In this document: piece after piece, positions 30,960 to 38,018 of the stretch
How the letters are laid out: every line of letters starts with the position of its first letter
Numbering within the stretch: the first letter of the stretch is position 1
Origin: Anaerolineales bacterium
Lineage (GTDB): Bacteria; Chloroflexota; Anaerolineae; Anaerolineales; UBA11858
Length of the DNA stretch: 64,000 nucleotides
Assembly: GCA_046483045.1 (NCBI GenBank)
Contig: JAWODY010000074.1
Coordinates: forward strand, 6,391 to 70,390
Direction: 5' to 3'
Translations under genes and position numbers: made by a program
Notes under the pieces: model-generated
The model's input: the letters and a program-made list of their open reading frames with translations, nothing else
Databases searched by the model: none
What the model was told of the DNA's origin: nothing

Positions 30960-31826
30960 ATGAACAAACCTCCCGATTTCGCTGTGATAGGGGGTTCGGG
31001 TTTATATGACATCCCCGGATTATCAGACACACAAGAACATGACCTGGAAACCCCCTTTGGGAAACCCAGCGCTCCCGTCATGACGGGGGTCCTCCGGAAT
31101 CAAAAAATAGCCTTCTTGTCCCGTCATGGAATAGGCCATCAATTGAGCCCCAGTGAAGTGAATTACCGGGCAAACATTTACGCCCTGAAAATGCTGGGAG
31201 TGCAGCGGGTGATCAGTGTTAATGCCTGTGGGTCCTTAAGGGAAGACTACCAACCCGGGGATCTGGTCGTTCCCCACCAGTTGTTTGATTTTACGAAGAA
31301 CAGGATCAATACATTTTTTGAGGGAGGATTAGCAGCTCATATTGGTACTGCGGATCCTTTTTGTAAGGACCTTTCAACCCACCTCCTCGAAGCCTTGAAC
31401 TCAACGGGCGCTACCGTCCACAACCAGGGGGCTTTCATCACCATTGAAGGACCCCGATTTTCAACGCGGTTGGAGTCCAACACATTCCGGACCTGGGGGA
31501 TGTCCATTATCGGCATGACCACAGCTCCCGAGGCATTTTTAGCCCGGGAAGCGGAGCTCTGTTACGCCTCTTTAGCTCACATTACAGATTACGATGTCTG
31601 GCACACGAGCGAAGAACCTGTTACCGTGGAGATGGTTTTGAGCATCATTCAGCAAAATACAGAAAACGTCAAAGAAACCATTCAGCATTTAGCGGCGAAT
31701 CCTATGCCGTCTGAAACATCCTGCACCTGCTCTCAGGCCTTGAAAAACGCTGTGATCACAGATCCTGAAGCCATTCCTGAGAAAACCCGTTCAAAACTTG
31801 AGTTGTTAATTTCCAAATATCTCTAA
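30960..31826 (+). CDS. mtnP: S-methyl-5'-thioadenosine phosphorylase
   Basis: Contains 'FAVIGGSGLYD', 'FLSRHG.GH...PSEVNYRANI.ALK.LGV', 'ACGSL' and 'IGMT..PEA.LAREAE.CYA'. Confidence 0.9.
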   Translation: MNKPPDFAVIGGSGLYDIPGLSDTQEHDLETPFGKPSAPVMTGVLRNQKIAFLSRHGIGHQLSPSEVNYRANIYALKMLGVQRVISVNACGSLREDYQPGDLVVPHQLFDFTKNRINTFFEGGLAAHIGTADPFCKDLSTHLLEALNSTGATVHNQGAFITIEGPRFSTRLESNTFRTWGMSIIGMTTAPEAFLAREAELCYASLAHITDYDVWHTSEEPVTVEMVLSIIQQNTENVKETIQHLAANPMPSETSCTCSQALKNAVITDPEAIPEKTRSKLELLISKYL

Positions 31827-31859
31827 GCCAGGTTAACATTTGTGAACTAACCCATTCCC

Positions 31860-32216
31860 ATGGAACCAGATGTTATCCGTGAATTAAAAACAGGAGACAC
31901 CGCCAACTTTGCGGGGGTATTTGCTGCCAATCGAGAGGCTGTGCATACCTGAATGGTCGATACCTTCAATGATAAGTTGAGGAAACCCAAAGGGGAGGCA
32001 CAGGAAGCGGTCGCTGTCAGACCAAAGACAAGCATTTGGAAAGAACCTTATCAGAGGAAAGTCATGCTCCATTTTGACCTGCGGGGTGTGATCGGCAAAG
32101 GGGGATTAGGATCCCAGACCCTCCAGTCCTGTCTAGATATACCCGCAGCCTATTTCCACACTATGGGCGAGGTAGTTGATCGCCGAATCTGTGGAGAAGG
32201 TACTGGATGTTTATAA
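31860..32216 (+). other. Interrupted reading frame (in-frame TGA at 31950-31952), possible decayed gene
   Basis: ATG 31860 gives 30 codons (MEPDVIRELKTGDTANFAGVFAANREAVHT), then TGA, then the same frame continues from ATG 31953 for 87 codons. See findings. Confidence 0.3.
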
Positions 32217-32367
32217 ATTAGATTTTGGCGTGTCTGAAGCCATCCAAGTCCTCCATGTCAAAGATTTACCCGCTGTGGTGACTATGTACGCTCATGGGAA
32301 CAGCATTCACGATGAAGTAGAAGCGAAATCGAAAGCCAAGCTGCAGGACCTGATAAAATACTCATAA
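32176..32367 (+). CDS. Small hypothetical protein (63 aa) or 3' part of a frameshifted gene
   Basis: A TTG-start ORF in the +1 frame relative to 31860..32216, overlapping it by 41 nt. It is followed 27 nt later by a strong plus-strand terminator. Confidence 0.35.
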   Translation: MIAESVEKVLDVYKLDFGVSEAIQVLHVKDLPAVVTMYAHGNSIHDEVEAKSKAKLQDLIKYS

Positions 32368-32394
32368 CCTAGAGGATGATTATGACTATTTTTA

Positions 32395-32428
32395 GAGATG
32401 TGAGATGTATTCACATCTCCTTTTTTTT
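32395..32428 (+). terminator. Intrinsic terminator
   Basis: gagatgtga-gatgtat-tcacatctc, a 9-bp stem followed by T8. Confidence 0.85.
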
Positions 32429-32634
32429 CTGGCCATCAGAAAACATACTATGGAGCTTAACGAATCCGATCACTAAAATAAATAAAAATGGTCCTATCAA
32501 TCATCACAATTAAGAATTTGTTAACCAGGCAAGTGCCTTTTTAGGATAAGATGTAGATGCTGTAGTTGAAGAAAAGGTCTTTTCCCTTCAACAGTATCAA
32601 AACTACGTACCTCACATCATCTAGGTCGTAAATA

Positions 32635-33183
32635 ATGTCTTCAAAAGAGAAAAATTTATTACAGCGAGCCCGAAAGCTTGACAGCAAAGCCCTGGGAATT
32701 ATCTACGACACTTACAGTGACAAATTGTACGCATACGCTGTCAGAAGGGTGGGAAACGCTCAACAAGCGGAGGACTTCGTCGCTGAAACGTTTTCAAGAT
32801 TTTTGCAGGCATTAAAAAGCGGTGGAGGACCAAAAGACCACTTACAGGCCTACCTTTATAGAATCACCCACAACCTGATAACAGATCATTACCGCAGGGA
32901 ACCTCCCCCTCCCCTGGAATTGGATGAAGACAGATACAGTGAGGACCTTGGTCAACCCGCAGACATCTTAACGCAACAAATAAAAGCTGAAAGGCTCCAG
33001 AAAGCCCTCCAGCATCTAACCCCCGGGCAGCAGCAGGTTATCATGCTTAAATACATAGAAGGATTCAGCAATCAGGAAATTGCGGAAACGATGGAAAAAT
33101 CACCAGGTGCTGTAAGGTCACAAGCCCACCGCGCTCTTGCTTCTCTTGAAAGGATTCTGGTCGATGAGGAAGATGAATCATGA
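32635..33183 (+). CDS. ECF-type RNA polymerase sigma-70 factor
   Basis: 182 aa. Region 2 reads 'ALGIIYDTYSDKLYAYAVRRVGNAQQAEDFVAETFSRFL...YLYRITHNLITDHYRR'. Region 4 HTH reads 'LTPGQQQVIMLKYIEGFSNQEIAETMEKSPGAVRSQAHRAL'. Confidence 0.9.
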   Translation: MSSKEKNLLQRARKLDSKALGIIYDTYSDKLYAYAVRRVGNAQQAEDFVAETFSRFLQALKSGGGPKDHLQAYLYRITHNLITDHYRREPPPPLELDEDRYSEDLGQPADILTQQIKAERLQKALQHLTPGQQQVIMLKYIEGFSNQEIAETMEKSPGAVRSQAHRALASLERILVDEEDES

Positions 33184-34163
33184 CCAATCACAATATACAA
33201 CCTGAATTAAATGAATATCTCAAAGCTCTCAAAGAAAAAGTGCCGCAGCGCGACCCAGAAATGGCAGCCAAGGGGCGGGCTAATTTTCTTTCGGAAGTGA
33301 AAGAACTCCAAGCGAAGAAATCAACCCCCTGGTTGGCTGAAATTTTTGCAGCGATCTTCTCTTTGCCGATTCAGGCCAACCGGCGTCTGGCAACCGCTGT
33401 CGCCAGCATTCTCACCGCGATCGTTCTTACTTTCGGGGCAGTGGGGGGAACGGTGTATGCCTCTCAGGACAGCCTGCCAAAACAAACACTTTACGCTGTA
33501 AAAACACTCACCGAAGATATCAGGCTCAGATTTTCAAAACAACCGGAAGAAAAAATTAGATTACTGGAAAAGTTTGCCAATCGAAGGGTAGAAGAACTAT
33601 CCGCGCTTTCAGAGAAAGAAGAAGAATTTCCCGAGGAGACGATTACTCGCCTGGAGCAGCATACAGAAACCATACTTAAGATAGCTTCTAAACAGGAAGG
33701 AAAAGAGTTGACCCAATCATTGAAAAAAATCCGGAAGTCTCTCCAAGCACAGGAAGAGATCATATCCAAACTGGCAAACATGGAGCATGGAAATGCTGAC
33801 AAGAAACTAACGCAGGTGCAGAAAAAACTACGGGAAAAAATCCATCTTGCTGAGGAAGGCCTGGACAATCCAGCTGCTTTTCGAAAGAAAATGAAGAGCA
33901 CAACACCTTTCACCCCGGTAGAGACCCTAAAACCCGGGAAACCAGAAGAAACTAGGACGCCTGAAAATAAGCGGAAACCGGTTGACCGCGGCACCCCAAT
34001 TTGGAAAGGAAAACCTGACCAGGTTGGCACGCCAGATCATAAAGGGAAACCGGGAGAGGCTGGACAACAGGAGAACAAGGGGAAACCAAACGAGCCAGGC
34101 TCACCAGATGACAAAGGGAAACCTGAAGATCCGGGTCCGCCGGATGATAAAAGAGGACCATGA
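33180..34163 (+). CDS. Single-pass membrane protein, DUF5667-like ectodomain, putative anti-sigma/sensor partner, with GKP-repeat tail
   Basis: ATGA overlap with the sigma gene. It has a cytoplasmic N-terminus of about 70 aa, TM 'LATAVASILTAIVLTFGAVGG', 'SQDSLPKQTLYAVKTLTEDIRLRF' and a helical region. The C-terminal tail carries four 12-aa repeats starting GKP. Confidence 0.65.
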   Translation: MTNHNIQPELNEYLKALKEKVPQRDPEMAAKGRANFLSEVKELQAKKSTPWLAEIFAAIFSLPIQANRRLATAVASILTAIVLTFGAVGGTVYASQDSLPKQTLYAVKTLTEDIRLRFSKQPEEKIRLLEKFANRRVEELSALSEKEEEFPEETITRLEQHTETILKIASKQEGKELTQSLKKIRKSLQAQEEIISKLANMEHGNADKKLTQVQKKLREKIHLAEEGLDNPAAFRKKMKSTTPFTPVETLKPGKPEETRTPENKRKPVDRGTPIWKGKPDQVGTPDHKGKPGEAGQQENKGKPNEPGSPDDKGKPEDPGPPDDKRGP

Positions 34164-34501
34164 GAAGAGAACGACCATAATTTTAAGCAAATTTACGAAA
34201 TTCATATTAGACATATAACCTCTCAGCCTACAAACTACCCCATCTATTCCATCCTCCTATAACCTCCTCAGAATCAGGAAGATTCTCCTGAGGGTGAATG
34301 GCAGCGTTACCTCAAAATGCTTCCTGGCTCCACGCCTATCCTTTGATAACCAAATATTCGCCTTCTCCTCAAAACCACCATCTCAACCTTAAAAAATTCA
34401 GATATTTAACAAACACCCGTAACAATCTGGTCTTTTTCGCGTCATATAGAGTGAAAGAAAGTCAGAAAAAAGGGAATTTAAGTCCAAAACCAGGAAAAAT
34501 A

Positions 34502-35446
34502 ATGGCTGAAGAAAGGAAATACCCGATATTAAATGAATATTTTGAGGCTCTAAAAGAAAAAGCTCCTCAGCGTGATGCAGAGCAAGCCGCTAAAGGGCGG
34601 ACCCATTTCCTGGCGGAAGCGAAGAGCCTGCAAAAACCCCAATCGACATCCTGGTTAGCGGACTTCCGAAAGACGCTTGCTTCCCTACAAATCAGGGGCA
34701 ATCGCCGTTTAGCCACCGCTGTCGCCAGCGTTTTGATTGCTCTAATCATCACCCTGGGGTCCGTTGGAGGAACTGTATACGCTTCCCAAGACAGCTTGCC
34801 AACTCAAACCCTTTACGCTGTAAAGACATTAACTGAGGATATACAACTGCGATTTGCAGATCAGGCCCAGGAGAAAATTGACCTCCTGGAAAAATTCACG
34901 AACCGCCGCGTTGATGAAGTGACCGCATTGGCCGAACGGGGCGAGGATATCCCCCAAGATACGATCTCTCGTTTTGAACAGCACACAGAGACCATGCTGC
35001 AGCTCTCCGCGGAATTAGAGGATGAAGATCAAGCCCAAACGCTTTCCCATATTCGCAACGCGCTGCAAGTTCATGAAGAAGTCATTCAAAAGCTCGCCGA
35101 GCGAGAATCGGGGAAAGCGGGAGAAGCGCTGCGTATGGTCCAGGGAAGGTTGCAGTCACAGATACAACGCATCGAAGAAGGAATGCTGGACCCAACCACT
35201 TTTCAAGAGAACAATCAAGATCAGAATCCCTTCAAGCCATTCGAAACCCCTCCGTCCGGAAAGCCTGAAAATATTGGACCGCCCGAAGAAAAAGGGAAGC
35301 CGGATGGGGTTGGCACACCGGACCACAAAGGCAAACCGGAGGACGCCGGCACACCAGAGAGCAAAAAGGGTCCAGAAAGTGACCCCCCTGATGGCAATGG
35401 ACCTCCCGATGAGGTTGATCCTCCAGCCGGCGGAGGAAAACCATAA
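34502..35446 (+). CDS. Paralog of 33180..34163 (DUF5667-like membrane protein with GKP-repeat tail)
   Basis: From ATG 34502 (MAEERKYPILNEYFEALKEKAPQRD...) it is collinear with the upstream paralog. Shared runs include 'NRRLATAVAS', 'GGTVYASQDSLP', 'QTLYAVKTLTEDI' and 'EQHTET'. Confidence 0.65.
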   Translation: MAEERKYPILNEYFEALKEKAPQRDAEQAAKGRTHFLAEAKSLQKPQSTSWLADFRKTLASLQIRGNRRLATAVASVLIALIITLGSVGGTVYASQDSLPTQTLYAVKTLTEDIQLRFADQAQEKIDLLEKFTNRRVDEVTALAERGEDIPQDTISRFEQHTETMLQLSAELEDEDQAQTLSHIRNALQVHEEVIQKLAERESGKAGEALRMVQGRLQSQIQRIEEGMLDPTTFQENNQDQNPFKPFETPPSGKPENIGPPEEKGKPDGVGTPDHKGKPEDAGTPESKKGPESDPPDGNGPPDEVDPPAGGGKP

Positions 35447-35533
35447 ATGAACGTCCAAGACCATACTGCCTATGATGAAGAACAACCTCAGTAATTATTT
35501 AGTCTTTCGATCACCGAAAGAAAGGAGAAAGAT

Positions 35534-36313
35534 ATGAAACACAATAGGCACATTCTCACCAGTTTTATGCTCATCTTAACCCTACTGCTCACAGGGTTCA
35601 CCAGCCGGGCCGTTCAAGCGGAAACCCCGGATGAGTACGAATTTTCGGGCATCGTGGAAACGGTAAGCGAAGATGGCTTCACCTTCCTGACTGAAGACGA
35701 CATTCTGATCTCCGTGAGTGCGATAGAAGAGGATGAAGGAAACTTCTTCTTCACGCTCACCGTGGGAGAGGAAGACCCCCTCACCATCTCTGTAGATGAA
35801 GATTTCGATTTTGGCGTCATCGAAGAGGGTGGCGAATTCGAACTCGAGGTCAAGTACAACAAAGAGACCGAGGAATGGACTGTATACAAACAAAAATTCC
35901 AGGAGCGGGAACGCGAAGAAGACGGGTACTTCTGCTCCGAGGACACTGAAGAGCAACATCCAGTAGCTTTAGCCATCGCCGAGAGCTATGACACGGATTA
36001 TGAATCCGTGATCGGAATGTTCTGCGAAGGACAGGGTGAAGAGGGCAGCGCCCGGACCGGATTCGGGCAGATCATGCTGGCCTACCAGACCGCGGGAGAG
36101 ACCGGGGGAACAGCTTCCGAGATCTTGAGTGAACGCGCGGAAGGCAAAGGTTGGGGGCAAATTTGGCAGGACCTGGATTTGATCGGGAAACCTGAAGACG
36201 CTGGAAAACCTGATCACGCCGGAAAACCTGACGATGTAGGGAAACCCGAAGGCGTAGGTAATGGAAAACCAGAAGGCGCCGGGCCCCCAGAAGAAGCGGG
36301 CCCGAAACACTAA
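35534..36313 (+). CDS. Exported acidic protein: beta-rich N-domain + shared about 60-aa domain + KP(D/E)xxG repeat tail
   Basis: Signal peptide 'MKHNRHILTSFMLILTLLLTGFTSRAVQA'. The central part is 'HPVALAIAESYDTDYESVIGMFCEG...GQIMLAYQTAG...GWGQIWQDLDLIG'. The tail is 'GKPEDAGKPDHAGKPDDVGKPEGVGNGKPEGAGPPEEAGPKH'. 'aaaggagaaag' lies upstream. Confidence 0.7.
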   Translation: MKHNRHILTSFMLILTLLLTGFTSRAVQAETPDEYEFSGIVETVSEDGFTFLTEDDILISVSAIEEDEGNFFFTLTVGEEDPLTISVDEDFDFGVIEEGGEFELEVKYNKETEEWTVYKQKFQEREREEDGYFCSEDTEEQHPVALAIAESYDTDYESVIGMFCEGQGEEGSARTGFGQIMLAYQTAGETGGTASEILSERAEGKGWGQIWQDLDLIGKPEDAGKPDHAGKPDDVGKPEGVGNGKPEGAGPPEEAGPKH

Positions 36314-36334
36314 TCAAGCATTGACGTAGATCTC

Positions 36335-36380
36335 TGTGAGAGGTGACGCTCTCTCGCCCATGGGGAGCGTTCCTCTCACA
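36335..36380 (+). promoter_or_regulatory. Long intergenic hairpin (possible attenuator or stabiliser) between two cluster genes
   Basis: The outer stem tgtgagagg/cctctcaca (9 bp) plus the inner acgctc/gagcgt (6 bp), with no U-tract. It starts 22 nt after the 35534..36313 stop. Confidence 0.4.
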
Positions 36381-36395
36381 ACACTTGAAACAACT

Positions 36396-36812
36396 ATGAA
36401 AAAGAAACTTTTCATTCTCGTTATCCTGATACTCATTGCGCTGACCGCTTGCGATAACTCACTCCAAAAAGCGACCCAGCAAGTCCTGGGCAAAGAGGAA
36501 CGCAACACACCGACTCCTCCTCCAACAGAGGAAGAAAATGAGGCAGAACAATCGGAAGAGGAAAAAAATACCTCTGCGTGCCCAGAAGAAGATCCACAAC
36601 CCATCGCTGTCAGTATATCCGAAAAATTTGACGTCTCTTATGAAAAAGTAATCGATTGGTATTGCGATGGTTACATTTTTGAAGATATCTTACTAGCTTT
36701 GCAAACGAGCAAAATGTCGGACGTGGAACCCGACACCTTGCTGAAAGAAATTGAGGCAAAAACCTGGGAAGAGATTTGGGATAACTTAGGGATCACGAAT
36801 CCTAAGGAATAA
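36396..36812 (+). CDS. Lipoprotein carrying the shared about 60-aa domain
   Basis: From ATG 36396: 'MKKKLFILVILILIALTAC' (lipobox), an acidic linker, then 'PIAVSISEKFDVSYEKVIDWYCDGYIFEDILLALQTSKMSDVEPDTLLKEIEAKTWEEIWDNLGI'. Confidence 0.7.
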   Translation: MKKKLFILVILILIALTACDNSLQKATQQVLGKEERNTPTPPPTEEENEAEQSEEEKNTSACPEEDPQPIAVSISEKFDVSYEKVIDWYCDGYIFEDILLALQTSKMSDVEPDTLLKEIEAKTWEEIWDNLGITNPKE

Positions 36813-36847
36813 TTAAACGAATCATAGATTAAAGGTAAAGGTGAAAT

Positions 36848-37051
36848 ATGAATGAGAAAGATACCCAAAAATACGAAGTGTCCCAACAAGAACTCATGGA
36901 ATGGTACAGCGGGGGAAGATCATTCCAAGACATCATGAAAGCCCTTCAAACCAGCCAGCTATCCAATATCCCGCCAAAAGAATTATTGACCCGCAGCATA
37001 AACCAGAGCTGGGAAGAGATTTGGAAAGAAATCGGGGTATTGCCCGCCTAG
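36848..37051 (+). CDS. Stand-alone copy of the shared about 60-aa domain (67 aa, no signal peptide)
   Basis: 'KYEVSQQELMEWYSGGRSFQDIMKALQTSQLSNIPPKELLTRSINQSWEEIWKEIGV'. 'aaaggtgaaat' lies upstream of the ATG. Confidence 0.6.
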   Translation: MNEKDTQKYEVSQQELMEWYSGGRSFQDIMKALQTSQLSNIPPKELLTRSINQSWEEIWKEIGVLPA

Positions 37052-37142
37052 ATTAATATCATAGAGGGGGGCAATAGAAATGTGTCTTGATTCTAATTTT
37101 CCAGATTCATCCCTCAGGTGTGAATACCTGAGGGTGATCACT

Positions 37143-37301
37143 TTAAGACCTGTCGTCAAGCATCTCCCGATACACAGAGATCTTTCTCTTCACGCGTCGG
37201 ATCCGGATAAAGAGTTGGAGTAAGTACCCCAAGATAAAACTAAAGATAACCGCATATCCAGCAATCATGTACTGATATGTATCCATGATTTCTAATCCCA
37301 T
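37143..37301 (-). CDS. ccmD: Heme exporter protein D-like small membrane protein (not in supplied ORF track)
   Basis: 52 aa: MGLEIMDTYQYMIAGYAVIFSFILGYLLQLFIRIRRVKRKISVYREMLDDRS. It has one TM helix followed by a basic stretch. 'aaaggagaagg' lies 5-15 nt upstream, and it starts 19 nt after the ccmC stop. Confidence 0.65.
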   Translation of the reverse strand: MGLEIMDTYQYMIAGYAVIFSFILGYLLQLFIRIRRVKRKISVYREMLDDRS

Positions 37302-37319
37302 GTAATCCTTCTCCTTTGT

Positions 37320-38018
37320 TCAACTCATCAATTCCAAGCGGAGTTTATTCATCATGGATTCTAGCTTTTCCAACCTGATCCGGTGCCAGAGCACATCCGA
37401 AAAGAGAACAGAAAACGTGAATAAACTGAAGAAAAATGTTATTTTCATAGACTCTGTCATGCTGAACCCTCCCCCCGCAGTCGGGTCACCAGCGCCGATC
37501 ACCACAGGGTGAATGGTGCGCAGCATCCGGATGGAAACAAATGTCAACGGCACACTGACAAAACAAAAGATCGCATATACCGCAGAGAATCGAGCCTTTT
37601 GTCGTGGTTCGTCAATAGCCTGACGCAGTAAAAAATAAGCCCCATAGATCAGCTCCACCACAGCTGCTGTGGTTAACCTGGGATCCCACGTCCACCACGT
37701 ATTCCAAATCGGCCTGGCCCAAATGGAGCCAGAAATAATGGCAATGAAAAAGAAAATAAAACTTATTTCAACACTAGAAAAACCAATCATGTCCCATATT
37801 TTTTCCCTGCTGAGAATATACATGACGCCCATGAGGGCTGAAACAAAGAACCCCAACATCCCCACCCATGCAGTAGAGACATGAAAATAAAACACTTTTT
37901 GGACAGCACCCATACTACGTTCCAACGGAGCATAGAAAAATACCAACAAAACAGCCGCCAAAAAACAAATAACGGTAATCCCATCCAACAGGGAAAGGAA
38001 ACGGGGTTTTTCTTCCAT
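37320..38018 (-). CDS. ccmC: Heme exporter protein C
   Basis: 232 aa polytopic protein with the Trp-rich motif 'WARPIWNTWWTWDPRLTT' and conserved His contexts. Confidence 0.9.
   Translation of the reverse strand: MEEKPRFLSLLDGITVICFLAAVLLVFFYAPLERSMGAVQKVFYFHVSTAWVGMLGFFVSALMGVMYILSREKIWDMIGFSSVEISFIFFFIAIISGSIWARPIWNTWWTWDPRLTTAAVVELIYGAYFLLRQAIDEPRQKARFSAVYAIFCFVSVPLTFVSIRMLRTIHPVVIGAGDPTAGGGFSMTESMKITFFFSLFTFSVLFSDVLWHRIRLEKLESMMNKLRLELMS

Noticed and set aside
31950-31952. The in-frame TGA as evidence for UGA recoding (Trp/Gly/Sec).
   Set aside because: TGA is used as an ordinary stop by many confident genes in the window (for example hisD, hisF, the sigma gene, and several ccm genes). 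I saw no SECIS-like hairpin directly downstream. A nonsense mutation or separate small ORFs is the simpler explanation.
34298-34501. The N-terminal extension of about 68 aa on the second DUF5667-like paralog suggested by the ORF track. The analogous extensions 36336-36395, 49222-49290, 50957-51013 and 53337-53399 are treated the same way.
   Set aside because: Similarity to paralogs or orthologs begins only at the internal ATG. The extensions overlap hairpins, terminators or upstream genes, and lack RBSs.
33931-36313. Periodic DNA repeats that could be mistaken for a CRISPR array or tandem satellite.
   Set aside because: The periods are 18/36 nt, imperfect, lie within long ORFs, and translate to GKP(D/E)xxG peptide repeats. 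There are no spacer-like unique units and no cas genes.
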